Shown: positions 13,490 to 27,679, numbered from the stretch's first letter. The stretch: DNA of 64,000 bases from the human T2T-CHM13v2.0 reference genome, Homo sapiens (GCF_009914755.1 NC_060938.1), one strand, 5' to 3'. The notes: generated from the sequence alone by a model not told the origin. Translations and numbers: made by a program.

Positions 13490-14511
13490 CTTTTTTAATT
13501 TTTAAATTTATTTATTATTTATTTTACTTTAAGTTCTGAGATACATGTGCAGAACGTGCAGGTTTGTTACATAGGTATACATGTGCCGTGGTGGTCTGCT
13601 GCACCTATCAACCCGTCAACTAGGTTTTAAGCCCTGCACGCATTAGGTATTTGTCCTAATGCTCTCCCTTCTCTTTCCCACCCACGACAGGCCCCAGTGT
13701 ATGATGTTCCCCTCCCTGTCTCCATGTGTTATCATTGTTCAACTTCCACTTATGAGTGAGAACATGCGATGTTTCGTTTTCTGTTCTTGTGTTAGTTTGC
13801 TGAGAATGATGGCTTCCAGCTTCATCCATGTCCCTGCAAAGGACATGAACTCATTCTTTTTTATGGCTGCATAGTATTCTATGGTATATATGTGCCACAT
13901 TTTCTTTATCCATTCTATCACTGATGGGCATTTGGGTTGGTTCCAAGTCTTTGCTATTATAAATAATGCTGCAATAAATATATGTGTGCATGTCTCTTTA
14001 TAGTAGAATGATTCATAATCCTTTGGGTATATACCCAGTAATGAGATTGCTGGGTCAAATGGTATTTCTGGTTCTAGGTCCTTAAGGAATCGCCACACTG
14101 TCTTCCACAATGGTTGAACTAATTTACACTCCCACCAACAGTGTAAAACCATTCCTATTTCTCCACAGCCTCGCCAGCATCTGTTGTTTCCTGGCTTTTT
14201 AATAATTGCCATTCTAACTGGCGTGAGATGGCATCTCATTGTGGTTTTGATTTGCATTTCTCTAATAACGAGTGATGATGAGCTTTTTTCATGTTTGTTG
14301 GCTGCATAAATGTCTTCTTTTGAGAAGTATCTGTTCATATCCTTTGCCCACTTTTTGATGGGATTGGTTTTTCTTGTAAATTTATTTAAGTTCCTTGTAG
14401 ATTCTGGATATTAGACCTTTGTCAGATGGATAGATTTAAAAAAATCTCTCCCATTCTGTAGGTTGCCTGTTCACTCTGATAGTGTCTTTTGCTGTGCAGA
14501 AGCTCTTCAGT
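13490..14511 (-). mobile_element. 5'-truncated L1PA (~1 kb: ORF2 C-terminus, 3' UTR, degenerate A-tail)
   Basis: ORF 13739-14338 reads ...[14 protein letters not shown]...[10 protein letters not shown] (L1 ORF2p C-terminus); L1 3' UTR follows. Confidence 0.95.
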
Positions 14512-14580
14512 CCATACTCTACACATTCAGAGAAACTTCTCTAGTAACGAACTATAGAAATGATCCCTCAAAGTATAGTT
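14512..14580 (-). pseudogene. U3 snoRNA 5'-fragment retrocopy (~70 nt) fused to L1
   Basis: Reverse complement ACTATACTTTGAGGGATCATTTCTATAGTTCGTTACTAGAGAAGTTTCTCTGAATGTGTAGAG matches the U3 5' domain (boxes A'/A). Confidence 0.92.
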
Positions 14581-14846
14581 TGTTTTTTTTTTTTCACATG
14601 AGAAATTGGATGAGATCATGTTTCCGGGGAAAGGAGATAATGAGCAGTGATGCCACTGTCCATGGCTCAAGTATCATACTGCAAACATATGCCTGAAGTG
14701 GGTGGCAAGAAAACAGTTTAAGCTAAGTTTGAGTTCTGCTTGCCCCAAAGACCCTACACCTGGTTTCAAAGATTGACAATTTGGTTGATATTGAAAAGAT
14801 ATGTAGAGCTTTTAAAATGACAACAGCTTTTTAAAGCATTTTAGAG

Positions 14847-15062
14847 GGCTGGGGCACAGGGCCAGGGGAAGTAGCCCTGTAATTCTAGCACTTTGGGAGG
14901 ATGAGGCAGGATTGCTTAAGCCCAGAAGTTCAAGACCAGCCTGGGCAACATAGTGAGATACTGTCTCTACAAAAAATAAAAAAAAATTAGCCAGGCGACT
15001 GCACTCCAGCCTGGGTGACAGAGCTAGACCCTGTCTCAAAAAAAAAAAAAAAAAAAAAAAAA
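14847..15062 (+). mobile_element. Alu with most of the right arm deleted
   Basis: ttagccaggcg joined directly to actgcactccagcc. Confidence 0.85.
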
Positions 15063-15614
15063 TTCACTAAAGAAGAAACCTTTCACCCATCGGACTAGCA
15101 TAGATCCAGAAAATTTGGTATTCTGAACAAGATAATTCAATGCAGCATAATCTGTAGTGGCGAAAGATGGCAACAACATAAAATGTCCATCATTAGAAAC
15201 TGGTTAAATAATTGTGGTATAGCTTCACAGTGGAACACTTTAGTCATTTGCTCTGGAACTGTACACTAGACACTGATAACAATGGTGGCCTCTGGGAGGG
15301 GACTGGGCTGGGTGGACAGGGTGGAAGGGACTTTTCACTTACCTTTTGCACCTTATAAACGTATTACCTATCTCTACCCATCCCCCAACTGAAGCAAAAA
15401 AAAAAGTTTTCTGGTGGTAGAGGGTGCACTAACAGTGTTTAAACACATAGGAAATGAGATAAATCCTAAGCAAAGTCATTAGTCATTATGGGGATTATTT
15501 AGACTAAGTCTGAATTGAAGGCCATCTGATCTTCCCCACTCACCTTTTCTTTCCACAAGGAAAAAGGATGCAAAGGGTAGGAGCAAGACAGCACCAAGAA
15601 GTTATGAAGCCAAG

Positions 15615-17531
15615 AAACATGTTGATAGACACTTTATTGTGGCTTGTTTGTAGTAAAACATTCAACCCCTCAACATGGGTATCTGTTTTGGTGGTGTTTT
15701 TCTGTTGGAGACTACAGCGTGGTGTTCAAAGGCTTTTAGCCTCATCTCATATCAGTCTAGTCAGTGGTTGCCTATAATTTGATAGTTCAATGAGTTAGAG
15801 GAAAATGTCAGGAAAATCTGGTCTTATCCCAAATTAAGGGCTGCAAGATTTGTGACCCATTAGTATAAAGTGCTTATGTTCAGTGCAAAAAAGGCAGACT
15901 CAGAAGGGCAAGCAGACGCCAGAGAAGGACATTTCCTGGGAGATGGATATGTTCTATGACTCAAGGAAGGAAAAGCCAAACTTTAGCCCAAATGGGTCTA
16001 GTAGTTTCATTACAGTCTTTCTCCTCTCTAACAGGACCAAAACTTCTCATCTGACAGATGTCCATGAGTTGTTTATTTTACTACTAAAAATCTTGGTTCA
16101 GAGGGAAATCCACAGGGTTTCTAAGCACCAGAGACACTGACTTCAGCTTCCAGTTTCTGTTTGTCTCAGCGTCATGGATGGGACCAATAGGCTGAGCTCT
16201 GGCCAGTGAGAGGTTCAGAGCTGCAGAGCTTTCTTTAGGCCCCACATTTGCAAATTGAAGTCACTGAGTATGACACACCTTTTCTCAAACATTGTCACAT
16301 CTTGCGTGGGAAGACAAGACAGTGCATATTAAAGAAGCACTTCACCTAGTTTTCCACCAACCAGATGTGACCTATTCATTATTCCCTCATTCTGACTCTG
16401 TCCAGAGGCCCAATTCCAAAGCCAACCCTTGACTCCCTTTTCTAAGACAGAGAAAAGAAGCGCACTCCCTTCCCAATGACCCCACATGTCTGCATATCCA
16501 TCCTGTGGTCCTGAAGAGACTGAAGGGAAGCAGGAGGGAAAAGGAAGCAGCTTCCTAACCAATTCAAGGAGCGCAAACAGGACTGCAGCTCAAATAGGTA
16601 AAATCGAGTCATTCAGTCCTAGGATCCTGGCCACCTTTTCTCTCCCCAGACTCTCAAAGAGGAAGTCCCATTCTCTCACCCACCAACTTTGCAGCAGGGA
16701 CATTCACAACAGGCAGCTCTGTGCTTGTGAGCACCCGCTCCCCCCACCACCCCCCACCGCCTCCCCTGTATCCCTGTTTGGATGGTTAGCCTTTCTTTCC
16801 CTCTTGCCCGTGTTAGCCTCACAGACCTGATCATTTATACACATACCCACAGCTTTCAGATGCCTGCACCTGAAAACCCTTCTATTCAGACTACCTTCCA
16901 AAGACTCCAGGACTTCTTGTGCTTGGGAGAAGAGACACCTGGAAAACAGGTTTATTCCACAGGTAGCACTTGCCCCAAAGCCATCTCTGAATTTTGGAAT
17001 GGGAAGGAAGGAAAAGAGGCAATCCTTTTGGTGTTGCTCTAATTCTCTGTAAAAGCCCTCTAGGTAAGAGGAGCTACTAAAGCACGTCCACAGAGGGGGG
17101 ACTATACAAACAGGACAACCCGGGTCAAGAACCAAAACGCAGGGAAGGTTTTCAGAGTGGCAAGTCTAAAGTAAAGTGCCTCTTTTAAATGGAGAAGAGT
17201 TTCATTTGTTCAGAAATGCTTGGGCGTAAACATCAGCGCACAGGAACATGCACACGTGTGTGCACACATACTCACTCACTCACTCTGAGGTAGAAAGAAC
17301 TGGCCATCTCCAGACAAACACACATAGATTCCACAATTTTAGAGAAACATGGCACTTGCGTGAAAGGTCCTATCCTTGCCCGGGAAGGCAAGTAGGGTCC
17401 AATCCAACTCTTTCCAACCTAGGGCAGAGCCAGAGAAGTCCCACTCCACTGGAGGAAAGAGGTGGAGGGCATCGCCATCACTGCTGTTGCCCAGCTCTCA
17501 GGCCACGTGTTCCTGGCCCCACTGCCCAAGG
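15615..17531 (-). other. ZFYVE26: ZFYVE26 3' UTR (end approximate)
   Basis: Lies between the TGA stop (17532-17534) and AATAAA on the - strand; no Alu seen in it. Confidence 0.85.
15633..15638 (-). terminator. ZFYVE26: ZFYVE26 polyadenylation signal AATAAA
   Basis: tttatt on the + strand; downstream on - is GT/T-rich (catgtttcttgg). Confidence 0.8.
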
Positions 17532-17735
17532 TCACTTCCTGGAGCCTGGGCCATGGGCACCCCGGGGGTGGCTTGTCAGAAGCCACTGGGCACAGATGTC
17601 TTGCACTACTGCATCCCCGCTGCTCTTGGCGGCCTGCTGCACCTGCTGGACAAGGGCTGTGGCCCGTGAGTGTTCTTGCTTCACAGCAATCAAGTAGGCA
17701 GAACGCAGTTTGCAACATATCAGGTAGGCCCGAAC
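17532..17735 (-). CDS. ZFYVE26: Spastizin exon 42 (terminal coding exon)
   Basis: CAG|VRAYLICCKLRSAYLIAVKQ...HPRGAHGPGSRK-TGA; 204 nt. Confidence 0.97.
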   Translation of the reverse strand, partial: VRAYLICCKLRSAYLIAVKQEHSRATALVQQVQQAAKSSGDAVVQDICAQWLLTSHPRGAHGPGSRK

Positions 17736-20147
17736 CTGGCAGTCAGTTATAAGAGACAGCGGAAAGGCATCCATCACCGACAAATCAAGTATACAGAGCT
17801 GCAGCAGAAAGCTCGGGCAGACAGACACCATGTCTCACCTGCCACGTTCATAACAGGATTCATGTATTTTATGGTATTATAACAACTCTTTCAATATTCT
17901 GGACATATGCTATAACACTGTGTTATTTTATAGTGTAAAAAGTTATTACAAATAAGCTAAGAATTTAAAAAAGAAGGCAGGCCAGCAGGCAGTTTGGTCT
18001 CTGTCCACTCCCTCTGACACTCTCCTCCTCACTCTCCCAGGCTCTCCAGCATCTTCTGGGGTTCAGGATCAGCATTGCTCTCGCCCAGAGTTGTGATTTT
18101 GTAGTTACTTGAGTGATTATTTGGTTATGCCTGTCTCCTTGACCAGACTTTAAGCTTCATGAGGGCAAGAGTAGTGTCTGTTTTTTCTACTCCTGTAGTA
18201 TTCCTGGCACCTAGCACGGGGCCTGGCATGTAGTAGGTGTTCAATGAATATGTATTACAGGAATGAATAAACCATCAGAACCCTCCCAGAATGGACACAT
18301 AGATCCTCCTCTATTTTTCTGTTTTCGGCCAGCTGAATCTAAAGTTTTTTTTATAATCACAGGAAATCTGGGGAGGAAGACACACACACACGATTGGAAA
18401 AAGTCGAATTAACGTCTAACCCCACTTAGACCTGATTTGACTCTGCCTGCTTGGACCAAAGGCAGCTGTTGCAGGATATGCGTATGTGTCTATGTCCCAG
18501 GATCGCTATCTCATGAATCCCCAGCTTGGTGGAGACAAAAGTCCCTTCCTTTCTGGCCCTGGTCTCCCCAGCACCCCCTGGTTAAACAGTGCTCTAGGCT
18601 GGTGAGCAGAGAGGCCTTCATAAGCTGCCACAGAGCTTCTGCCAGCAGCTCCCTTTCTGCTGCAATAATCCCTGTTGGTTAGTGGAGGGGACTCGCCTTG
18701 CTTCCTGTATCAATGCTCCATCTGTTATTTGTTTTGGTCACTAAAGTTTTTCTTTCCTTTCTAAGCTGAATTATAGATAATCTCCTACAGCTAGATGATG
18801 TCTGGCATGTTCTGAGGTCACTAAAGTGATCCAGTCCTGTGCCGCTTGGGAATCCACTTGCTGCCCTAGGATGTTAGCTCTCCCCAGGCCTTCAGCTCCC
18901 CTTAGCATCTATGTACACTAAGCTAAATACATATCACAAGTTGGCAGGCAAAATTCCTACCAAGAGAAGAAGGGCATTTTGCCAGAGAGTCTGGAATGGA
19001 GTTGAATGAAGTTGTTTTTTGGCAAGCCCCCATGGCCTAAGCTCATTTAACTGCATTAGACAGCTGCTGAGAGAAAAATACCTGAAAAAGTAATAAGGAC
19101 TGTCTCTATTTTAGAGCGTGTCTTTCCCAGAAATAGCGTCTCTGTCCTGCTGAGTGGGAGGCTCAGTGAAGGCTTGAGAAAGAACTGCAGTCTGGGAATC
19201 AGAGGACCTGGGCGTCTGTCCTGGCTGTTAGGTTCTCAGTCTGACTCTAGAAAAGTAATTCTCTACATTTCAGGATGTCAGAATTTCATCCTTTCTGACA
19301 TCATCATGATGTTACAGAAATAAATGAAGAAATGTTTAGAACTTATTCTCCTTAACCCTGGAGACTGAAAAATGCCCATTAAGTTCAGTCCCAGGATTAG
19401 CAATACTGCCATGGGGAGCGTGTAAGAAGCTCTTTGCCTGACGTCAGTTTTCATCACAGGGGACTCAGCTGTCAGATAATTTTTCTGCCACTGGCTTTCT
19501 CATGCCCCTCCTGGCCTGGGACCCTTCCTGCAGATGGCAGAAGGATCAATCCAGTGGTCAGCCACAAATGGGGGCATCTGGGAAGAATTTTATTCTGACT
19601 GGCACTCCTCCCAAAGGCAACGGGAAGCAAAGGTTCACCATTTTCCCAAACAGGGACGAGTTCTTTGGCCCCTGAGGAGAGGTTCATTCTGGAGACCGAG
19701 ACATTGTTGGACATTGTTGGTCAAAGTGTGGGGTGGGGATTTTTTTCTTACTGTACCTTTTTCCCTCTAGGATAAAGAGATACCTGCTTACTCTGGGAAC
19801 CTCAATCCATCAGTCCACCCAAAGATGGAGGTGAGGTGAGGGATTTCCTAGGGCTCTCTGAGAGAAGACATCAGTATAAAATGGAGATTCAAGAGCAGCC
19901 TAGGACATGTTTGTCTTGGGGATAAAGACTTGGGAAGGCAAAGACGCATGCAGTCCATGTTCACCTGCTCCTCATCTATTCCCTCCTTTCTACACCCCTA
20001 TCCAAGCCTCAGCTCCACCTCTGATAATACAGAAGCTGAGATACGGGTTGTATGGAACTATTGTGGGGAGCAAGGGATAAAGGTGACTAGGCAAGCCTGA
20101 GACACAATTCATTGGCATCACCAGCGTTTGGAGACAATTCCGCTCAC

Positions 20148-20192
20148 CTTGTTGTCATCATTGTGTATTGCCTGGATCAGGCCCTCCAGCTC
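20148..20192 (-). CDS. ZFYVE26: Spastizin exon 41
   Basis: ELEGLIQAIHNDDNK, 45 nt, CAG/GTGAG. Confidence 0.93.
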
Positions 20193-20309
20193 CTGTGCAG
20201 AACAGAAACAGCACTGTGAGAGGGAGAAGAGTCCCGCAGTCTGGGAGCCAGGGCCCAACCCAGCCTCAGCCCAGCCATTCTGACTTCAGAATGAAAATGT
20301 CTGCCTGAC

Positions 20310-20640
20310 TTTTTTTTTCTCAAAGACATGGGGTCTCACTATGTTGCCCATGCTGGAGTGTAGTGGCTTTTCACAGGCATGATCCCACTATTGATAGCAA
20401 AGGAATTTTAACCTGCTTCATTTCCAATCTGGGCCAGTTCACCCCTCCTTAGGCAACCTGGTGGTCCCCTGCTCCTGGGAGGTCACCAAATGGATCATGA
20501 ACTTAGTGCAAGCACTAAGTTCTCACACTAAGTATGTATCAGCGTAATACACTATAGTCCAAAACTCCTGGGCTCAAGTGATCCTCCCGCCTCAGCCTCT
20601 AGAACAGCTGGGATTACAGACATGTGCCACCACACCCGGC
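20310..20640 (-). pseudogene. Full-length 7SL (SRP RNA) retropseudogene in ZFYVE26 intron 40
   Basis: Alu-domain ends plus S-domain sequence (+ strand: ccagttcacccctccttaggcaacctggtggtcccc...ggaggtcacc...gaacttagtgc), A-tail at 20310. Confidence 0.93.
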
Positions 20641-20687
20641 TGACTCTTCTTTTTAAACTCAACTCCTGCTTTAAGAACAAGAAAGAA

Positions 20688-20970
20688 GGCCAGGTGCAGT
20701 GGCTCACGCCTGTAATCCCAGCACTTTGGGAGGCCGAGGTGGGTAGATCATGAGGTCAGGAGACGGAGACCATCCTGGCTAACATGGTGAAACCCCATCT
20801 CTACTAAAAATACAAAAAATTAGCCGGGCGTGGTGGTGGGCGCCTGTAGTCCCAGCTACTCAGGAGGCTGAGGCAGGAGAATGGCGTGAACCCAGGAGGC
20901 AGAGCTTGCAGTGAGCTGAGATACTCCAGCCTGGGCGACAGCGCGAGACTCTGTCTCAAAAAAAAAAAAG
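20688..20970 (+). mobile_element. AluY
   Basis: gagaccatcctggctaac, gaatggcgtgaaccc; TSD aagaacaagaaagaa. Confidence 0.93.
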
Positions 20971-21439
20971 AACAAGAAAGAAAATTTAACCATAACACTA
21001 AGCTTCAGAATTTAGGGAGAAGGAACAGTTCCCAAGAGGCCTGTCCTCGGCCTTCACAAATGGATGTGGCTCTGTTCACTCCACAAAGCCACCATGGGAG
21101 GACAATTCCGCAGATAACAGGCTTCAAAGTTCATCTGCTGGCCCACCCTGACCTCCTCTAGAATTGCAGGAAGAAGCTCAACTCCATAGACACATCCAGG
21201 TGCAAACAAATTTACACAATGGGATGTTGAGGGTCACCTTCTGGGTATAGATGTCATCTCCATAAATTTTCTTTACAGGGAAGGGTCAATTATGGTGAGG
21301 CCATTATTGCAGAGGGGTTCAGAATGATAAAAGGATCTTGTAGAGTTTCAGGCACATTATGGAAAACAGAACAATAAAGATGGGGATGTGAAGACACTGA
21401 AATTGATGGAGGAGCCAAGAGGTACGGGAGGGAGTGTAC

Positions 21440-21622
21440 CTGGGGCGGAATTCTCTTGAACGCTTCCAGGCAGTTGAGGAGGATGGTGTCCCCGTCACTT
21501 TTGGCTGCCATGCCTGACTCACTGACACATTTGAGCAGTTGCTGGATCTCACTGTACTTCTCTTTCTCCACCAACTGGCGGGCAGCTCTGCAGTAGGTCA
21601 TGGCAGCATCCAGCTGGAAGTC
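21440..21622 (-). CDS. ZFYVE26: Spastizin exon 40
   Basis: DFQLDAAMTYCRAARQ...FKRIPPQ, 183 nt, TAG/GTAC. Confidence 0.95.
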
Positions 21623-22802
21623 CTAGAACAGAACACAACATGATGGGCTTAGGAGCAGGAAACGTTAACGGTGGGGAGGGAGGCAGCATTTAAAAGCTCT
21701 CACTATGCTTGGTGTAGATAAGCCATATTGATTGTGGTCACAGTAGAAAACATAAATATACCAAACAAAAAGCAAGCGTCAATTCCTCTTTGGAGTTAGG
21801 TAGACCTTTAGGAAGCATCCACAAAAACTGCAGCTGTAGTATCTAAAATGGTACATTTCACTTGCTGCGGTGGCACTCACTGAAAATATTCTTATCAAAA
21901 TCCTAAGACTAGTTCACTTTCTTGAGAAATGGGCATTGGGGGATGGTATTTGCTGCCCTGGACACCTGGTGCTCTGTTAAGAGGCAGGTGACTTAGTGTT
22001 CAGAAACAGACCCATTCACTGAAAGACTCATTTGCTGAAAACTGCCAGATAAACACCTTAAACCTGGTCTAGGAGAACCCTTATGCCACAGGGCCTGGGT
22101 GGAGCTGCCCCTCTGCCTGCCTACCAGGGTATCTGTGTGTGGTGAGCTCTGTCCAACACCAAAAACAGATGGGAAGAAAAACACCTGACTAATCATGTAT
22201 GAAGCCATTGATCACTGACACACTCACAATGCATAAATACCCTGCCTGCCCTAAGCTGCCTGCTCTCAGCTCCTGGGGTATCTGCATGGAGCTGTGTGGT
22301 GGTGGGCAGGTCTGAAGAGACTCTGCCCCTCATGGTCTCAGTGCCCTGCTCCAGCCCCTGCTCCAGTGCCACAGCCCCACCTGTGTCCTTTTATCACAAG
22401 CAATAGGAAACATATTCCTCCAGCCAGCTCCTGTACAGACCAAGGATGGGGAACAGCCCTTGTGGCCAGTGGAAAGCCCCTGGCCACCCCTCCAGCCATA
22501 TTCCCTGTGAGAACCAGCAGTGTTTCTCAGGGAAACAGCTGTGGGGAACTGTCTGAGACCTGGCTCCTGGTATTTATTTGGTAGCTTTTGATGAATTTGT
22601 CATGGGTTACTTGGCTTCTGGCAAAGTGGCCTAGAGTCTTGAATTTGACCCAGTTCTGTAACAGTCACATCCTTGATTTCATCCCTAATGTGCATGTAAA
22701 TCCACTTTTCTTGGGATAAGAATTTCCTAAAGAATAATCTCTCCCGGAACTGTGGTCAGGTGCTGATTGTCCTCAGTATGATTTGAATGATCCAAGTCAT
22801 AC

Positions 22803-22862
22803 CTGCAGAACACGGAAAGCAATTCCAAAACCATCTTCTACATTTTTCCCTCCCAGCATGAC
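22803..22862 (-). CDS. ZFYVE26: Spastizin exon 39
   Basis: VMLGGKNVEDGFGIAFRVLQ, 60 nt, CAG/GTATG. Confidence 0.94.
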
Positions 22863-23166
22863 CTGAAAAGGAAAGGGAATCATGCTTAAAAACATGGCAA
22901 TTACTAGAGAATACTCTTGACCAAGAATGAAGGCCTCTATTTATTCAATTATTCAACAAATATTTGTTGAGACCCTGCTAAGTGCCAGGCACTAGGGATA
23001 TAAGAATGATCAAAATGGACCTGATCACCAGTCTTTGGTGGCTCATATTCTAGTGGGGAGGCAGCCATCAAACAAACAACTGAAATAATCACTAGACAAC
23101 TGCAATTATGATAAGTGTTCTAAAAGATGACAATAGTCTGCCAGAGGTCTGAAACGCTGCATGTAC

Positions 23167-23308
23167 CTTGCAGGCAACATCCATTTTCATGTGGTTATTT
23201 CCAAACAGGGTTGGCAGAGGCAAAGTGGTGATTTGAGAGGTCCCAGCACTTTCGCACCGATGCAAGAACCTGGTCACTTCCATCTGCAGCTGAAGTGTGT
23301 TCATGTGC
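23167..23308 (-). CDS. ZFYVE26: Spastizin exon 38
   Basis: (R)HMNTLQLQMEVTRF...MDVACK, 142 nt. Confidence 0.95.
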
Positions 23309-24146
23309 CTGTGGTGACAGAATATGCACAGTCCAGCCTCATGAGGGGCCCCAGGTGACTGAGGCCAGGAGACTGAGAAGTCGAATAATATGGCAATGAA
23401 AAAGGGAAAACAAATGATATAGTGGGAAAAGAGACCTCAAGTACCTTGTGAGCAGTTATGACAAGACCAAAAAAATGGTGATCTCGTGTCCTGCACAGAC
23501 TCACAATATTATGGTGCACTGTGGAACCAGATAGGGTCCAGTCATTGAATCGATAAGCATTTATTGAGCACCTATGTGCCAGGTACAATAACAGAGGTCA
23601 AGAGAGATGAGCCCTGCCCTCAGAGTTTATAGGCTGGAAGAGAAATGAATAGTAAACAAACACATAAAATAGTTAGCAATTAAGCCTCTGGAGGCAATAA
23701 ATGGTAGTGGTAGAGCATTTACTCCAGATGTTGTGTTCTATGTAGAGGGACTGGCAAGTATAAAAGCTGAGAGGAATTAAGGACTTGGTGTGTTGAGGAG
23801 CCCTGAGGAGGCCAGGGATCGATGCTTAGCAAGAAGAGAGTAGCAGGAGATAAAGATGGTGACATCAGTAGGGGCCAGAACGTGCAGGAGCCTTTTGGCC
23901 TACTGTAAGGAGTATGGAGTGTAGTCTGATTGTAGCCTGTGATGCTAATCCTCCCTCCACTCCCACTCCCACTACCAGCTCCTCTGTAGGCTTTCTAGGC
24001 TTGTACTACACACTGTCATCCAGGGATGATTCCCTTTAGATTTTTTTTCAGGATTCAAGGAATGGACAAGAGTAGCTTCATCACCTACAGACAACTGCTC
24101 CCACCCTTTCTGCCCCACACCAATAGTCCCCTGAACCTCCAGCTAC

Positions 24147-24346
24147 CTTGACACATCAGCTGCAGTCATCTTCTTTCTGAAGAATGTGGTTTTCTTCCTT
24201 CCAGAGCTGCGGGATGTTTCTTGGAGGTAGATCTTCAGGTGGTCCTTGGCCTTAAGTAGCCATGAGAGCTTCTCTCCCAGTTCTGTATATGACTTTGCTT
24301 TGTGACTGAAGAACCGAATACAGGTCATGGCGGCCCGAACTTGGTC
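24147..24346 (-). CDS. ZFYVE26: Spastizin exon 37
   Basis: DQVRAAMTCIRFF...MTAADVS(R), 200 nt. Confidence 0.95.
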
Positions 24347-25043
24347 CTAGAAGAGGAAAATAAATGTTCAGGTCAAAGTAGATCAGGGGTTTGGAGGGTG
24401 GGGTGTGATGAGAATTCTCATCTGATTTCTGCCTATGAGACCTTGTTTCCAGCACCCACTCCCACCACCAGCTGAACTGCTATTTTGAGCCAGTCACCCC
24501 CAAGGTCCAAGAGATCCTGAAGTGCACTGACTGGTGGAGCTCTTGGGTAGGACATTATTCCACCACCGAAGAGATGCTAAAAGAAGATATTTCTGATTCT
24601 CCACTCAAATTGGCTTCACTTGTACTTTGGCATTAAATAATTCAATTTAGTACTGACTATCCTCAGGCAGATTGGGAGGAACGTGTTCCTTCTCCCTTCA
24701 CATATTTTCTCTAAAAACACTAATGTTTCCATCATTCCTTATGAATTCTACATTCACGCCTCATGCTTATCTTGAAACTACCATTTATTTCTTTTTTTTA
24801 CCTGTTCATTTCTTGCTTTCTGAAGAATGCCTTTATTGACAGGATTAAAGTCTGCCCCCAAACTTAGGATGGAAATCCTAATATTATTTAACAATACTGG
24901 AGAGCAACATGGATTTGCTCTAGGGTCAGCCAAACAGCAAGGCCAGGGACCAATGACAGTCTCATTCCCTCATCGTGCACTGCCTCTCCTGCAGGGTGGG
25001 GCACCAGCAACAGAGGTAGAAGGCAGGAAGGGGCTGCCATTAC

Positions 25044-25241
25044 CTTCATAAACTGCTGCAGCTCATACAGAATGTGGTAGTAGTTCTTCTTCTGTAAATG
25101 TTGGCAGGCAGCAATCAAGTACTTTCCCCAGCTCTCCAAGGTTGGATCAATGGATTCTAGCAAGTTCTCCAAAGTGTGTAGCTTCCCACTTTTATAGCTT
25201 GGTTGGAAAATGCCTTCTATAAAAACTTCTGGAGGACTCTC
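25044..25241 (-). CDS. ZFYVE26: Spastizin exon 36
   Basis: ESPPEVFIEGIFQPSY...LQQFMK, 198 nt. Confidence 0.95.
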
Positions 25242-25399
25242 CTGGAGCAGGGCAGGGCGAGAAGTCAGAAGTCTTGAGCCTGGTTCTGGCACTGTCTGGG
25301 ATCCACTCTGAATTTCCTTCTATTGATGAACCTTCAGCATCCTCCCAATGCAGTGCTTCTTAATCTTTTATGTGTCACAGATACCTTTGAGAATCTCAT

Positions 25400-27191
<1,792 letters not shown>

Positions 27192-27679
27192 TAACGGAGA
27201 GTCAAGGATGGCTATAAAGTCACAGTGGTATAACATGCTAGCATAGTGACACTGGGCACAAGCTGTTTGGAAGCAGAATGGATCTGGGTTTTGAGAACAT
27301 TCATAGTGGGTGAGGGTTAGGGGCTTCTTTCCTGATTCAGGTTGTTCCTAACAGAGAAAACCAGACCTAATCTAAAAGTTGTAGGTCACATTTTAAGAAG
27401 CAGGGGCATTAGCTCTACAGGAGAGATAGAACACCTCAGAAGGGCAGCACCTCAAGAACTTCCATGCCATCCATTTATCTATCCACTCACTCATTCATAA
27501 TTGGTACTAGGTCAGGTGCCTGAATATACAGATAAGTAAAATATAGGCCTTCTTGGTCCAGATGGAAAGACTCAATTGTAAACAAACAGTGGCAATCCAG
27601 CAGGATAAATGCAGTACCAGGGGCAATGGTGGCTAATGCTGCTTGAGTGTTCTGTGAATGCTCAACAGAGAGGGCCTGA

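Noticed and set aside
13739-14338. 199-aa ORF resembling a protein domain
   Set aside because: C-terminal remnant of L1 ORF2p in a 5'-truncated element with no promoter
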